This document shows positions 30,123 through 38,833 of a stretch of 64,000 nt of DNA, one piece after another (within the stretch, counting starts at the first letter, position 1; every line of letters starts with the position of its first letter). The stretch is taken from contig JBIOWE010000006.1 in NCBI GenBank assembly GCA_044868145.1, forward strand, positions 284,537 through 348,536, read 5' to 3'. This stretch comes from Patescibacteria group bacterium (GTDB lineage Bacteria > Patescibacteriota > Patescibacteriia > UBA10025 > JBIOWE01). The notes under the pieces were generated by a model. That model made no database searches. It had not been told where the DNA came from and worked only from the letters and a program-made list of their open reading frames with translations. The translations under genes and the position numbers were made by a program.

Positions 30123-31349
30123 TTAGAGAATTTCTAATTCAATTTTGAGATCAAGTGCGATGCCATCTCGGAGAATAGACGCTGTCACGATCGTACCTGG
30201 CGCGAGCGCCTGGATAAGGTCGGGCAGCGAAACTTGCGTATCAAGCTTTGTACCGTTAATCGCCACAATAATGTCGTTTTCCTTGATGCCCGCTTTTTGC
30301 GCTGGACTGCCTTTCTGAACTGCCAAACGATCTGGTCTACTGCTGGCGACGAGCGCACCTTCTTTTCTACCCTGCGTAAGGTCCGAAGCAATATTCGGGT
30401 TTCTTGCAAGGTCAATATAGTTCACACCCAGGAACGCACGAGAAACTTCTTTTAACCCCAGCACCTGATCAAGGGCAACACGCATATAGCGGATGGGCAG
30501 AATAGTATCATTATCGAGAAAAATACCAAGGAGCTTACCATCTTGAGTTACTGCGCTGAGCCCGTCTAGTTGAGTCGTCGCTTGAGTACCAATGCGATAA
30601 TGCGTTGGCACCTGCTCAGAAGTGAACGTAAGATCTTCTACCGATTTTGTGTCACTATACAGCTTGTCTGCTACGAATGAGCTGAAAAAGGCTTGGTGCG
30701 GGCCAACCGCGAATTGAGGAAAGGCGTACACCTGGCTGCCGTTTTGGACAGCGTCGTCTGTAACGAACGAAAGTGCAATGGTTTTGTTGGTTGCAATATG
30801 AAAGAAACGAACCTTGGTGAGAGGGTCAACTTGAATATGATCCACAGAAAAAATGGAACCGTCCGATGCCATAGCCACATAATCAATAGAAATATCGTCT
30901 AGTACTTTTTCCGTCGTCGCGCAAACGCCGTCATTGGTGAGCGTAGCCGCAAACCCCAGCCGATCCGCGTCAAGATAAACAGGCGCAAACACGTTATCAG
31001 TACTTTGCTTCTTGCGAAATAATTGAATTGTTCCCCGTTGCATATTGCCTGCAAGCTCTTTGAGTTGGGCTGTCGTGTCCTTTGAACTCCCAAGACTCAA
31101 CGTCGTTTCGACATTACGCAGACTCAATCCAGGAATGTTCAGCTGCTCGCCGTACAGAAGAACAAGGGCGCACCCGATGACACCGGAAAGTAAGCCTATA
31201 AGCATGGCGAAGAAAAAAGCAGAGAACGACAGAGTAGAGCGTTTACGCTGAGGATGATTGAAATCCGAGGAATCAGTTAACAACGCACCGGGAATCTCTT
31301 TGTTACTCGGACGTTGTTTGGGCGAAGTTGGAGTTAACTTTGGCTTCAT
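30123..31349 (-). CDS. membrane-anchored PDZ-domain protein (no recognizable protease triad)
   Basis: Basic cytoplasmic N-terminus, one TM helix (FFFAMLIGLLSGVIGCALVLLYG), C-terminal PDZ-like segment (VQKGSPAQKAGIKENDIIVAINGTKL). No GNSGG motif. Its stop lies 1 nt before the subtilase start. Confidence 0.6.
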   Translation of the reverse strand: MKPKLTPTSPKQRPSNKEIPGALLTDSSDFNHPQRKRSTLSFSAFFFAMLIGLLSGVIGCALVLLYGEQLNIPGLSLRNVETTLSLGSSKDTTAQLKELAGNMQRGTIQLFRKKQSTDNVFAPVYLDADRLGFAATLTNDGVCATTEKVLDDISIDYVAMASDGSIFSVDHIQVDPLTKVRFFHIATNKTIALSFVTDDAVQNGSQVYAFPQFAVGPHQAFFSSFVADKLYSDTKSVEDLTFTSEQVPTHYRIGTQATTQLDGLSAVTQDGKLLGIFLDNDTILPIRYMRVALDQVLGLKEVSRAFLGVNYIDLARNPNIASDLTQGRKEGALVASSRPDRLAVQKGSPAQKAGIKENDIIVAINGTKLDTQVSLPDLIQALAPGTIVTASILRDGIALDLKIELEIL

Positions 31350-31352
31350 AGA

Positions 31353-32117
31353 TTATACCCAGCGCGCAGTAAGAAAAACAATCAAAATCATCATAACCGA
31401 AACCAGCAGGTAGCGCCGAAAACTCGCTGGCTGAAAATTCTTGCGTAATGCATCGCGTATGGTTAAAAGAGATACATAATATACGGCAGTCAGAATAAAC
31501 GCGTCAACGAAGAAAGATGTGGGCAAGTATGTTGCGACGTAAAAAATCTCCATCGTCAACAGCGATAATGACACAATCGCATGTCGTCCTTCTCGCCATG
31601 AAATCTTGCTCACCCAAAAGAACAAATACGTGCTCAATCCGGTAAAAACGAACGACGCGGGAAGAAACATAAGAACGCGAGTATTAAAATAGAGTAGCAC
31701 ACCGTAGATACTGCAATAATAAAAGAATGTTGCAGTAAGCAAACTATAGGTTGTAATGTTTTCAAGCGCATAGGGTTGGTACAAATCGTGTTCTCGGGAG
31801 AAAAAAAGCACATTGCGTAATATCAACAATACCATTAATGAAGTAAGGAAGCCGACGAACTGTTGTAACAAAGGATGTTCAATAAAAAAGAAAAAAGCAA
31901 ACCCTGAACTGGTGAGGAGAACTACAATGAGAAAAAAATGAAAAAAGTTTCTTGAGAGATAGTTCTTCCCGGTAATGTACCAAACAAGAAAAGCGAGAAG
32001 GAAAAGGACTGCCGGAGCAACAACAATGATAGACTTTGGAGCCAGAAGCGCGACCTCAAACGCAATAAGGACGCTAAAGGCAGCTGCATAAATAAATGTT
32101 CTCTGGACGATAAACAT
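31353..32117 (-). CDS. polytopic membrane protein (hypothetical)
   Basis: 254 aa with about 8 TM helices. 3-nt gap to the PDZ gene. Confidence 0.45.
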   Translation of the reverse strand: MFIVQRTFIYAAAFSVLIAFEVALLAPKSIIVVAPAVLFLLAFLVWYITGKNYLSRNFFHFFLIVVLLTSSGFAFFFFIEHPLLQQFVGFLTSLMVLLILRNVLFFSREHDLYQPYALENITTYSLLTATFFYYCSIYGVLLYFNTRVLMFLPASFVFTGLSTYLFFWVSKISWREGRHAIVSLSLLTMEIFYVATYLPTSFFVDAFILTAVYYVSLLTIRDALRKNFQPASFRRYLLVSVMMILIVFLTARWV

Positions 32118-32119
32118 AA

Positions 32120-32644
32120 TTAACGTTGTTGCGTCTTTTGGTTGCTCTTACGCTCTTCGCGGAGTTCGCGGATCAGTTCCTGCACGCGTTCGGGATATTT
32201 AATCCCTGAAAGCTCAATAGTTACCGTTGGCGCGCCAGTTTGTAACACGAGCGTTCCGTAATGAAACAGCGTGCCGAACATACCGCGGATCTGAATGGTC
32301 ATATCTTCAATTTTATCATATTCGATTTCCGAGACCGTTCTGCGAAAAAAACCCTGCTGATCAACGTCAACGATGCGCTCGTTGGTAATAACCAGTGCGT
32401 TCAGCGAATACAGCATAACGGCACGGACGATGAGCGCCACACCAAAGACTAACGCAATAAGAAAAATGACCATGCCAACCGTTCGCAACCGAATCAGCGG
32501 GTAGAAAAAAAAGAAAAGTGCTATAATAAACAATGCGCCGAATGCAAAAGGTCCAAGGAAGACCAGCGGGTCCTTACGAACAACGCGAATGACCCGTTCG
32601 TCCGGGCGCAGGGCAATATGCTTAAATAATGACTGGTCTAACAT
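32120..32644 (-). CDS. bacterial PH-domain (bPH_2/YdbS-like) membrane protein
   Basis: Two N-terminal TM helices, then a ~90-aa domain with the pattern typical of membrane-flanked PH domains. Confidence 0.5.
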   Translation of the reverse strand: MLDQSLFKHIALRPDERVIRVVRKDPLVFLGPFAFGALFIIALFFFFYPLIRLRTVGMVIFLIALVFGVALIVRAVMLYSLNALVITNERIVDVDQQGFFRRTVSEIEYDKIEDMTIQIRGMFGTLFHYGTLVLQTGAPTVTIELSGIKYPERVQELIRELREERKSNQKTQQR

Positions 32645-32748
32645 GTATGGTATATGGCAAAACGTAAAACCTTGCGAGTCATCTGGCTTATTATCGTGAT
32701 TATCGGGGTATTAAGCATGATTTTTTTTACAATCTTGCCCGGACTCTC

Positions 32749-34593
32749 CTAGCCACGCTCCTTGAGCACTGCGAGGTACGCTTCCTGGGGAATCGTCACC
32801 TTCCCAAACAGGCGCATCCTTTTTTTGCCTTTCTTTTGCTTTTCCAACAATTTCTTTTTTCTCGTAACGTCTCCCCCATAGAGGGGCGCGGTAACGTCTT
32901 TTCGCATAGGCGAGATCCGGGCTGAGGCAATAATCTTGCCGCCAATGAGTGCCTGAATTTTTACTTCGAATTGTTGCCGAGGCAATATGTTTTTGAGCCG
33001 CTCACAAATTTTCCTGCCCGATCGCTGCGCGTTCTCTTCATATACGATGGTCGAAAGCTCTGGGACAAGTTCGTCGGCAACAAGAATGTCGAGTCGCACA
33101 ACTTGGGTAAGACGGTACTCAAAAAACTCGTAATGCAGTGATGCGTACCCTGATGTAACGCTCTTCATTGTATCATAAAAATCAACGATAATCGAGGCGA
33201 GCGGCAGCTCCGCACGAACGAGCAATCGGTCAGGATTTAAGTACTCAGTTGTTCGATAGATACCACGCCGTTCTTGAATAACATTGAGTATTTGTCCTAC
33301 AGACGTTGACGGCGAAATGATTTCGGCGTTTACCCATGGTTCTTCGATACGCTCGATCTGTGACGTTTCTGGCAACTCATGCGGATTAGAGATGAACAAT
33401 GCATCCGGCATTTTCTCTGGGGAAAGTTTTTTTCTTTTCTGAAGCGAGCGACGCCCTTGCTCGTTCAAAACGATTTTATAGGCGACGGACGGTACCGTGA
33501 GAATCACTGAAAGACCATACTCCCTGGTGAGTCGTTCTTGTACTATCTCGACGTGCAAAAGACCGAGGAAGCCACACCGAAAGCCGAAACCGAAGGCCTG
33601 CGATGAGTCGGGTTCATACACAAGGCTCGAGTCGTTGAGTTGCAGGCGCTCCATCGCCTGCCGTAGTTTCGGAAAATCATCACCTGACATACAATAGATG
33701 CCAGCAAATACCATTGGCTCAATCCGCTTATAGCCGGGAATCGGTCGGCTTGTGGGTTTGCCCGCATTCGTCATCGTATCGCCGACTCGCAAGTCCTGAA
33801 TATTTTTCAATCCGGTCACAACATATCCAATTGCCCCTGATCCCAATTCTTCTCGCGAAGAAAGTTTTGGTTTAAAGACGCCTACGTCAAGTACATCAGA
33901 TTCCTTCCCTGTTGCCATCATCTGAATCTTATCTCCCGCGGCTACCCGACCATTCATGACACGCGTGTACGCTATCACTCCTTTATAGTCATCAAACGCC
34001 GAATCAAATACGAGAGACTGCAAAGATGCGTCGTTATCCCCTCGCGGAGAAGGAACGCGTTTGATAACTTCTTGCAAAAGCGCTTCCACTCCTTGGCCTG
34101 TCTTTGCGGATACAAGCATTACGGATTCTTCTGCGACCTTAAGGAGCGTCGCGAGCTCCTGCCGAGTTTTTGCAACCTCGGCATTCTGTAAATCAATCTT
34201 GTTAATAACCGGAATGATTTGGAGATGCAACGACTGGGCAACATGCAGATGCGCAACAGTTTGTGCTTGAATACCCTGCGTGGCGTCCACGAGCAAAATT
34301 GCACCCTCACAGCAAGCAAGTGATCGCGATACTTCATAGCTAAAGTCCACGTGGCCAGGGGTATCGATAAGATTAAGCACATAACTCTGATACAACATTT
34401 GCACAGGCGCAAGCTTGATGGTAATGCCGCGCTCGCGCTCCAAATCCATTTGGTCGAGAAATTGGTCCTTCATCTCTCGCTTAGATACTGTGCCGGTAAG
34501 TTCAAGCAAACGGTCCGCGAGCGTTGACTTGCCGTGGTCGATATGGGCAATAATGCAAAAATTGCGAATCAATTGTTGCTCGTTATTTGCCAT
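32749..34593 (-). CDS. lepA: translation elongation factor 4 (LepA)
   Basis: IRNFCIIAHIDHGKSTLADRLL G-domain. DLERERGITIK. 614 aa. Full-length colinearity with LepA. Confidence 0.92.
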   Translation of the reverse strand: MANNEQQLIRNFCIIAHIDHGKSTLADRLLELTGTVSKREMKDQFLDQMDLERERGITIKLAPVQMLYQSYVLNLIDTPGHVDFSYEVSRSLACCEGAILLVDATQGIQAQTVAHLHVAQSLHLQIIPVINKIDLQNAEVAKTRQELATLLKVAEESVMLVSAKTGQGVEALLQEVIKRVPSPRGDNDASLQSLVFDSAFDDYKGVIAYTRVMNGRVAAGDKIQMMATGKESDVLDVGVFKPKLSSREELGSGAIGYVVTGLKNIQDLRVGDTMTNAGKPTSRPIPGYKRIEPMVFAGIYCMSGDDFPKLRQAMERLQLNDSSLVYEPDSSQAFGFGFRCGFLGLLHVEIVQERLTREYGLSVILTVPSVAYKIVLNEQGRRSLQKRKKLSPEKMPDALFISNPHELPETSQIERIEEPWVNAEIISPSTSVGQILNVIQERRGIYRTTEYLNPDRLLVRAELPLASIIVDFYDTMKSVTSGYASLHYEFFEYRLTQVVRLDILVADELVPELSTIVYEENAQRSGRKICERLKNILPRQQFEVKIQALIGGKIIASARISPMRKDVTAPLYGGDVTRKKKLLEKQKKGKKRMRLFGKVTIPQEAYLAVLKERG

Positions 34594-36187
34594 CAGCGTG
34601 ATTTCCGTTGATTATTTGCCGTCTTACCCTTACCAACCAATCAGTAATGATTTTGATTTCATCGCATCGTAGCAGCATGGCAAAAACAAGGTACGCGGTG
34701 ATGCCGACGACAGCAGCCACCGCTCCTTGGAGAAAGATACCAACAAACGTCTGCATATTCACTCCCTGCGCGATAACATATTTCGCCACCCAGATCACGC
34801 CCCCCATCGCGAGGGATGCGAGACTAATTTTCAGAACAGATTTGATAATTTTTGTGTCGTCCATATATCCAACTCGCTTGCGAAGAAATCCGAGTAACAG
34901 TAGCATTTGCAAGATGCTTGCAATGGAAAACGAAAGCGCAAGCCCGGTAACGGGATCCGACATAACTCGAGTTAAAATAAGCGCGCCAGTCAAATTAGCA
35001 ACAACCGAAACGCTTGCGATGAGCACCGGAGTTTTCGTGTCATGAAACGCGTAGAAGGACCTCGCGAGCAAAGGTATGACGCTTTGAGCGAACAACGACA
35101 CGGAAAAAAAGCCAAGCGTCTGGGCAGTAAGAAACGTATCTTCCCAATCGAAATTGCCGGTACCCAGAATAACGCGGACGATTTGGGCTCGCAATAAAAG
35201 GATGACCACGGAAAGCGGGATAATAAGAAACAGGATTCGACGAAAGCTCACGGAGAATTGCACGACAAACTTTTCAGTGTTCTTTTGAGCGAACGCTTCG
35301 GAAAAAATCGGAAACGAGGCTATGGCGAGCGAAACGCCGACAACGCTAATTGGAAAACTTCCCAAGTTATTCGCCAGGTTAAATACCGCGACACTGCCGA
35401 CAGCGAGCGTTGATCCGATTATTATGCTAACCATTTGTTCGATTTGACCTACCCCCAACCCAAAAGCGCGCGGAACCATCAAACGGCCAATCTTACGTAC
35501 GCCTGCGTGCGTGGAATCAAGAATGATCTTGTAACGAAACCCCAGCCGGCGAACCGCGGGTAGCTGAATCAGCACGTGTAAAATGGACCCCAACACAACA
35601 CCATAGGCGACCCCATATATTCCGTACTTTGGGGCCAACAACATAATACCGGCTATAATGCCGAGGTTATATAGAACAGGCGCAAAAGCAAAATTAACAT
35701 ATCGTTTGTACGAATTCAGCAGTCCGGTGAAAATATTTGAAATAGTAAAAAACAACACGGACAAAAGCATAATCCGCGTTAAATGGGCAGTGATCAATTG
35801 CTTGTCAGGAGAAAACCCTGGTGCAATAACTCCCGCGAGCTGCGGCGTGAACAGAAAAAAAATGCCGCCGAGCACAAGCACGCCGAGCAAGAGAATATTC
35901 AGCAATGAGTTGGCGATATGCCACGCTTCTTTGCCATTCTGTTCCCTATACTGTATGAAAACCGGAAGAAATGCCGATGACAAGGCCCCCAAAACGAGAA
36001 TGTTGACGATAAAATCTGGTATCTTGAACGCGGCGTAGTACATGTCGAGTTGGTCACCAGCACCAAATGTTGCAGCGAGTAAACGATCGCGCACAAGACC
36101 AAGCAACCGACTCACAATGGACGCTGTCGCTATAATAATTGCACCACCAGTTACGGTGGTGACGAGTTTCCGCCAAATTCTATTCCA
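34583..36187 (-). CDS. murJ: lipid II flippase MurJ (MviN)
   Basis: N-terminal SRLLGLVRDRLLAATFGAGDQLDMYYAAFKIPDF and 14-TM MOP topology. The start is set at the internal MWNRIW..; the ORF extension to 36370 is probably non-coding. The 3-prime end overlaps the lepA start by 11 nt. Confidence 0.8.
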   Translation of the reverse strand, partial: WNRIWRKLVTTVTGGAIIIATASIVSRLLGLVRDRLLAATFGAGDQLDMYYAAFKIPDFIVNILVLGALSSAFLPVFIQYREQNGKEAWHIANSLLNILLLGVLVLGGIFFLFTPQLAGVIAPGFSPDKQLITAHLTRIMLLSVLFFTISNIFTGLLNSYKRYVNFAFAPVLYNLGIIAGIMLLAPKYGIYGVAYGVVLGSILHVLIQLPAVRRLGFRYKIILDSTHAGVRKIGRLMVPRAFGLGVGQIEQMVSIIIGSTLAVGSVAVFNLANNLGSFPISVVGVSLAIASFPIFSEAFAQKNTEKFVVQFSVSFRRILFLIIPLSVVILLLRAQIVRVILGTGNFDWEDTFLTAQTLGFFSVSLFAQSVIPLLARSFYAFHDTKTPVLIASVSVVANLTGALILTRVMSDPVTGLALSFSIASILQMLLLLGFLRKRVGYMDDTKIIKSVLKISLASLAMGGVIWVAKYVIAQGVNMQTFVGIFLQGAVAAVVGITAYLVFAMLLRCDEIKIITDWLVRVRRQIINGNHADGK

Positions 36188-36614
36188 CATACGCCAGATT
36201 ATTCTAACATTTTTTTCGACTTTCCGCAAGTATGGAAGAATCATCGCGAGCTTTGGGTCTCGTGGGTTCCCAAAGCGAGCGATACAAAAGATTTTGCGAA
36301 AAGCGTCGAAAAATACTTTTTTAAAAAGGGTTTTTCGAAATAAAAAAGCTGTCAGGAAAAAACAACGCATTGACGCGAATTATTCGCATAGAATCCTGAA
36401 TGAATCAGGACGAGGAGAGAGGTTCGGTCCCCGAAGGGACATTCTATACTTATAGCTCGATCTCCGTCATTGCCATTCCTAACAGCTTTTTTGCGACAAG
36501 CTTGATGATTGAAAGGGAGCATTCCGTATCTTTGATAGACGAAACACGTTTATCGACCAAAGATACGGGGAAAGGAAGTATTATCTTTTCCTTTCCCTGA
36601 TGAATGCCCGGATA

Positions 36615-36944
36615 TCATTTTCCCATCCTGTGGTCCACCATGAATGGGAATCGATATGATTCGGCCAGTTCTTTGAGAGCCTTCAAATTCTCTGGGCAAG
36701 GCGTGGAGTTTTGCATTTGGCATACTACCACGGCATCGTCCCCATAAACCTTGAATGGCCCTGCTTCCGGCAGTTTTGGCGTGCATTCAATAAACTGTAG
36801 CAGTGCAATGAGCGAACGATATGAAGCTTCAGTAGGCGTTACTGATAATTGATCGACCGCCTTAGATTCAATACCAAGTTCAGGGATGCTGAAGGTAGCA
36901 AGAAAAACCTTCTTACGCTGCATCGCAGCAAAGTAGCATTTCAT
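36615..36944 (-). CDS. hypothetical protein (109 aa)
   Basis: Strong RBS AAGGAGGG 6 nt upstream of the ATG. No recognizable domain. Confidence 0.4.
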   Translation of the reverse strand: MKCYFAAMQRKKVFLATFSIPELGIESKAVDQLSVTPTEASYRSLIALLQFIECTPKLPEAGPFKVYGDDAVVVCQMQNSTPCPENLKALKELAESYRFPFMVDHRMGK

Positions 36945-37070
36945 TGTGACCCTCCTTTCGATGAAAGGAACTATTTACCTTAGATTCAATAGATGGTTAT
37001 AGAATCTCAGGAAAATGGGAGAGGCGTGTCATTGCATATCGCAACATCGCGCCTCTCCAAATCTGATAGC

Positions 37071-37340
37071 TTACTGCCAGTACGCTCCGTTTGTCTCATG
37101 GAGTGTTGGTGGCTTGCGCTCAACACGCAGTAATTGGTAAAAATGTTCAGGTACTTTCTCTCCTTGTTGCTCCAACGCGCGTACAATTCTCACGGCGTTA
37201 TGGTAATTTGCTTCGCTTTCTCGCAAACTTTCGCTCTCGGTGAACCGTTCGAGTTGTTCCAATAGCCTCCCTTTCGGAACCCCGCTTGCAGAAAGCTTTT
37301 TCTTGAATTTCTTGATGACTACTTCTACAAGGTTCTCCAT
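37071..37340 (-). CDS. hypothetical small helical protein (~89 aa)
   Basis: GGAGG RBS 4 nt before the ATG at 37340 (MENLVEV); the ORF could alternatively start at 37358. Hairpin terminator downstream. Conserved leader motif upstream. Confidence 0.4.
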   Translation of the reverse strand: MENLVEVVIKKFKKKLSASGVPKGRLLEQLERFTESESLRESEANYHNAVRIVRALEQQGEKVPEHFYQLLRVERKPPTLHETNGAYWQ

Positions 37341-37377
37341 AAAGCCTCCAATGTTCAATGTGCAAAGTTTCTCCCTC

Positions 37378-37419
37378 TTCTGAACCTGCCAGCTTGTGAC
37401 TACCAGGCTCGGAAGAGAA
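37378..37419 (-). promoter_or_regulatory. conserved 5-prime leader motif, copy 1 (upstream of the 37071..37340 gene)
   Basis: Shares about 80% identity over ~41 nt with copy 2 (37937..37984). The pairwise consensus on the plus strand is GAACC.G..AGCTT.TGAC.ACCAGGCTC..AAGAG. Confidence 0.5.
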
Positions 37420-37455
37420 GCGGGTTTTGGAACCTACCCGCTGGAGGTAAAAGAG

Positions 37456-37896
37456 CTACGGACTGTGGTATGCGGCAAACGGACTGTAGAAATGAACCTG
37501 TAATATCTCAATGTCTCCGGAATGGTATTTATTCATTCTCTTAAACGTGTCATTCAACCGATCAACAAAGTGTCGACGGGTCTCACTACCTTCTTTTAGG
37601 CCTTTAAACTCGTAAAGGCCGCAGAGGTCCTTAACAAAATCAAGTTCGATGTAAAGGTTTGACAATCGTGCACTTGAGGTATCCATCGCCGTTCGCAATC
37701 GGATTAACACCGGGACCTCTGCCCTGTCTTGGAATGTAACACGCATTGTGGCGAAGTATTGTGGTGAGTAGTCTTCAAACTGTACTGCTATTGTCGAACC
37801 TCGTGCAGGCAGCAAAATATAGAGCATTATTGACATCAGTCCTGACACCAATAATGTTGACATTAACATACCCAGCCAACCTGACCATTTTTTCAT
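37456..37896 (-). CDS. hypothetical membrane-anchored protein (146 aa)
   Basis: N-terminal TM helix. RBS GAGGAGG before the ATG. Conserved leader motif upstream. Confidence 0.45.
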   Translation of the reverse strand: MKKWSGWLGMLMSTLLVSGLMSIMLYILLPARGSTIAVQFEDYSPQYFATMRVTFQDRAEVPVLIRLRTAMDTSSARLSNLYIELDFVKDLCGLYEFKGLKEGSETRRHFVDRLNDTFKRMNKYHSGDIEILQVHFYSPFAAYHSP

Positions 37897-37936
37897 TGAT
37901 CCTCCTCGTTAAATTTAATGAACTTTTTTGATTCTT

Positions 37937-37984
37937 TTTTGAACCCGTTAGCTTATGACCACCAGGCTCAAAAGAGAGGAAGAG
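37937..37984 (-). promoter_or_regulatory. conserved 5-prime leader motif, copy 2 (upstream of the 37456..37896 gene)
   Basis: See copy 1. Located ~40-90 nt upstream of the start codon. Confidence 0.5.
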
Positions 37985-38080
37985 CGCAGAGTGACGTTTG
38001 AGCATACCCTGAAGGTATCCTCTCATCTGCAGATTTTTGCTATGGCTCTCCGCAATAGTCATAGCGCTCTTCCAAGAATG

Positions 38081-38143
38081 AATAAAAAAGAACAAGGCGG
38101 ATAGTTGGACGTATACTTCTCGCCCGCAAGGTGCCTTGTTCTT
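38081..38143 (-). terminator. putative intrinsic terminator after the 38167..38490 gene
   Basis: 11-bp stem AAGAACAAGGC/GCCTTGTTCTT around a long loop, followed by a T-run on the minus strand (and an A-run upstream). Confidence 0.45.
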
Positions 38144-38166
38144 TTTGATTGTAAAGTACAAACTAC

Positions 38167-38490
38167 CTAGCCTTGCGCTCGCGCCTTGAGCGGGTCTTGT
38201 GGGAAACCTCGAGCGAAGTTCTTGAGCTGAAAGGCAAACTGCTTCCGTCCGCGGTTATTCATCTGCTTAGGCTCTATAGGCAGGTATCGAAGAACCATCT
38301 TGTCCTCGCCGCTCAACTCCGTCACACTACAACCCATAAGCACTGATACAGCTACAGAAAACCCTTTGCGCAGATACAGCTCAGGGAAAACTCGCTTGCG
38401 GTACTCCCAGTCTGACTCGCCATCTTGCCTCGGAATACCAAGGCCCTCGAGGTTTCGCGTCAGGGCGTCTCCTTCATAGAAACTCGACAT
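38167..38490 (-). CDS. hypothetical protein (107 aa)
   Basis: RBS GGAGGTG before the ATG. Hairpin in the 5-prime UTR. Terminator downstream. Confidence 0.45.
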   Translation of the reverse strand: MSSFYEGDALTRNLEGLGIPRQDGESDWEYRKRVFPELYLRKGFSVAVSVLMGCSVTELSGEDKMVLRYLPIEPKQMNNRGRKQFAFQLKNFARGFPQDPLKARAQG

Positions 38491-38635
38491 TGTACACCTC
38501 CATTGATTTTCAAAGTCTCATATTATAAATCCGCTAGCATTTCTAACGAACTTGTAAATGAGGGGAACCGGAAGATATGTTGTGCATACTCCAGATTAAG
38601 GTTCCCCGATAGTATGTGATGAGTCAAATAGCTGA

Positions 38636-38833
38636 CTATTTTCCAAGATTGCTAAGAGCTATCGAAGCTAGAAAGAATGTGCAAGGAGCAATTAGCCAAT
38701 TAATTGACTCGGGCAGATTGGTTTGCCCCGTGAAGCCCCTGATTGCAGTGACCGATAGACAGCCGATCAGCAATATTATCCCAATAAACCAGAATCCCTT
38801 TGCTAAATCCTTCATCTCATCCTCCTTTGTCAA
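38636..38833 (-). CDS. hypothetical small two-TM membrane protein (59-65 aa)
   Basis: Two hydrophobic helices. A possible alternative start at the internal Met is preceded by AAGGAGG. Confidence 0.3.
   Translation of the reverse strand: MTKEDEMKDLAKGFWFIGIILLIGCLSVTAIRGFTGQTNLPESINWLIAPCTFFLASIALSNLGK

Noticed and set aside
34583-34593. 11-nt overlap between the murJ 3-prime end and the lepA start
   Set aside because: A normal translational-coupling overlap in a compact genome. It is not a frameshift or a fusion
36188-36370. N-terminal extension of the murJ ORF
   Set aside because: MurJ homology starts at MWNRIW (36187). The upstream part is hairpin-rich and lacks an RBS
37378-37984. Possible sigma54 (-24/-12) promoter within the conserved leader motif (ctGGtagtcacaaGCtgg)
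   Set aside because: The GG-to-GC spacing is 9 nt rather than the required 10 in both copies, and no other sigma54 hallmarks are present
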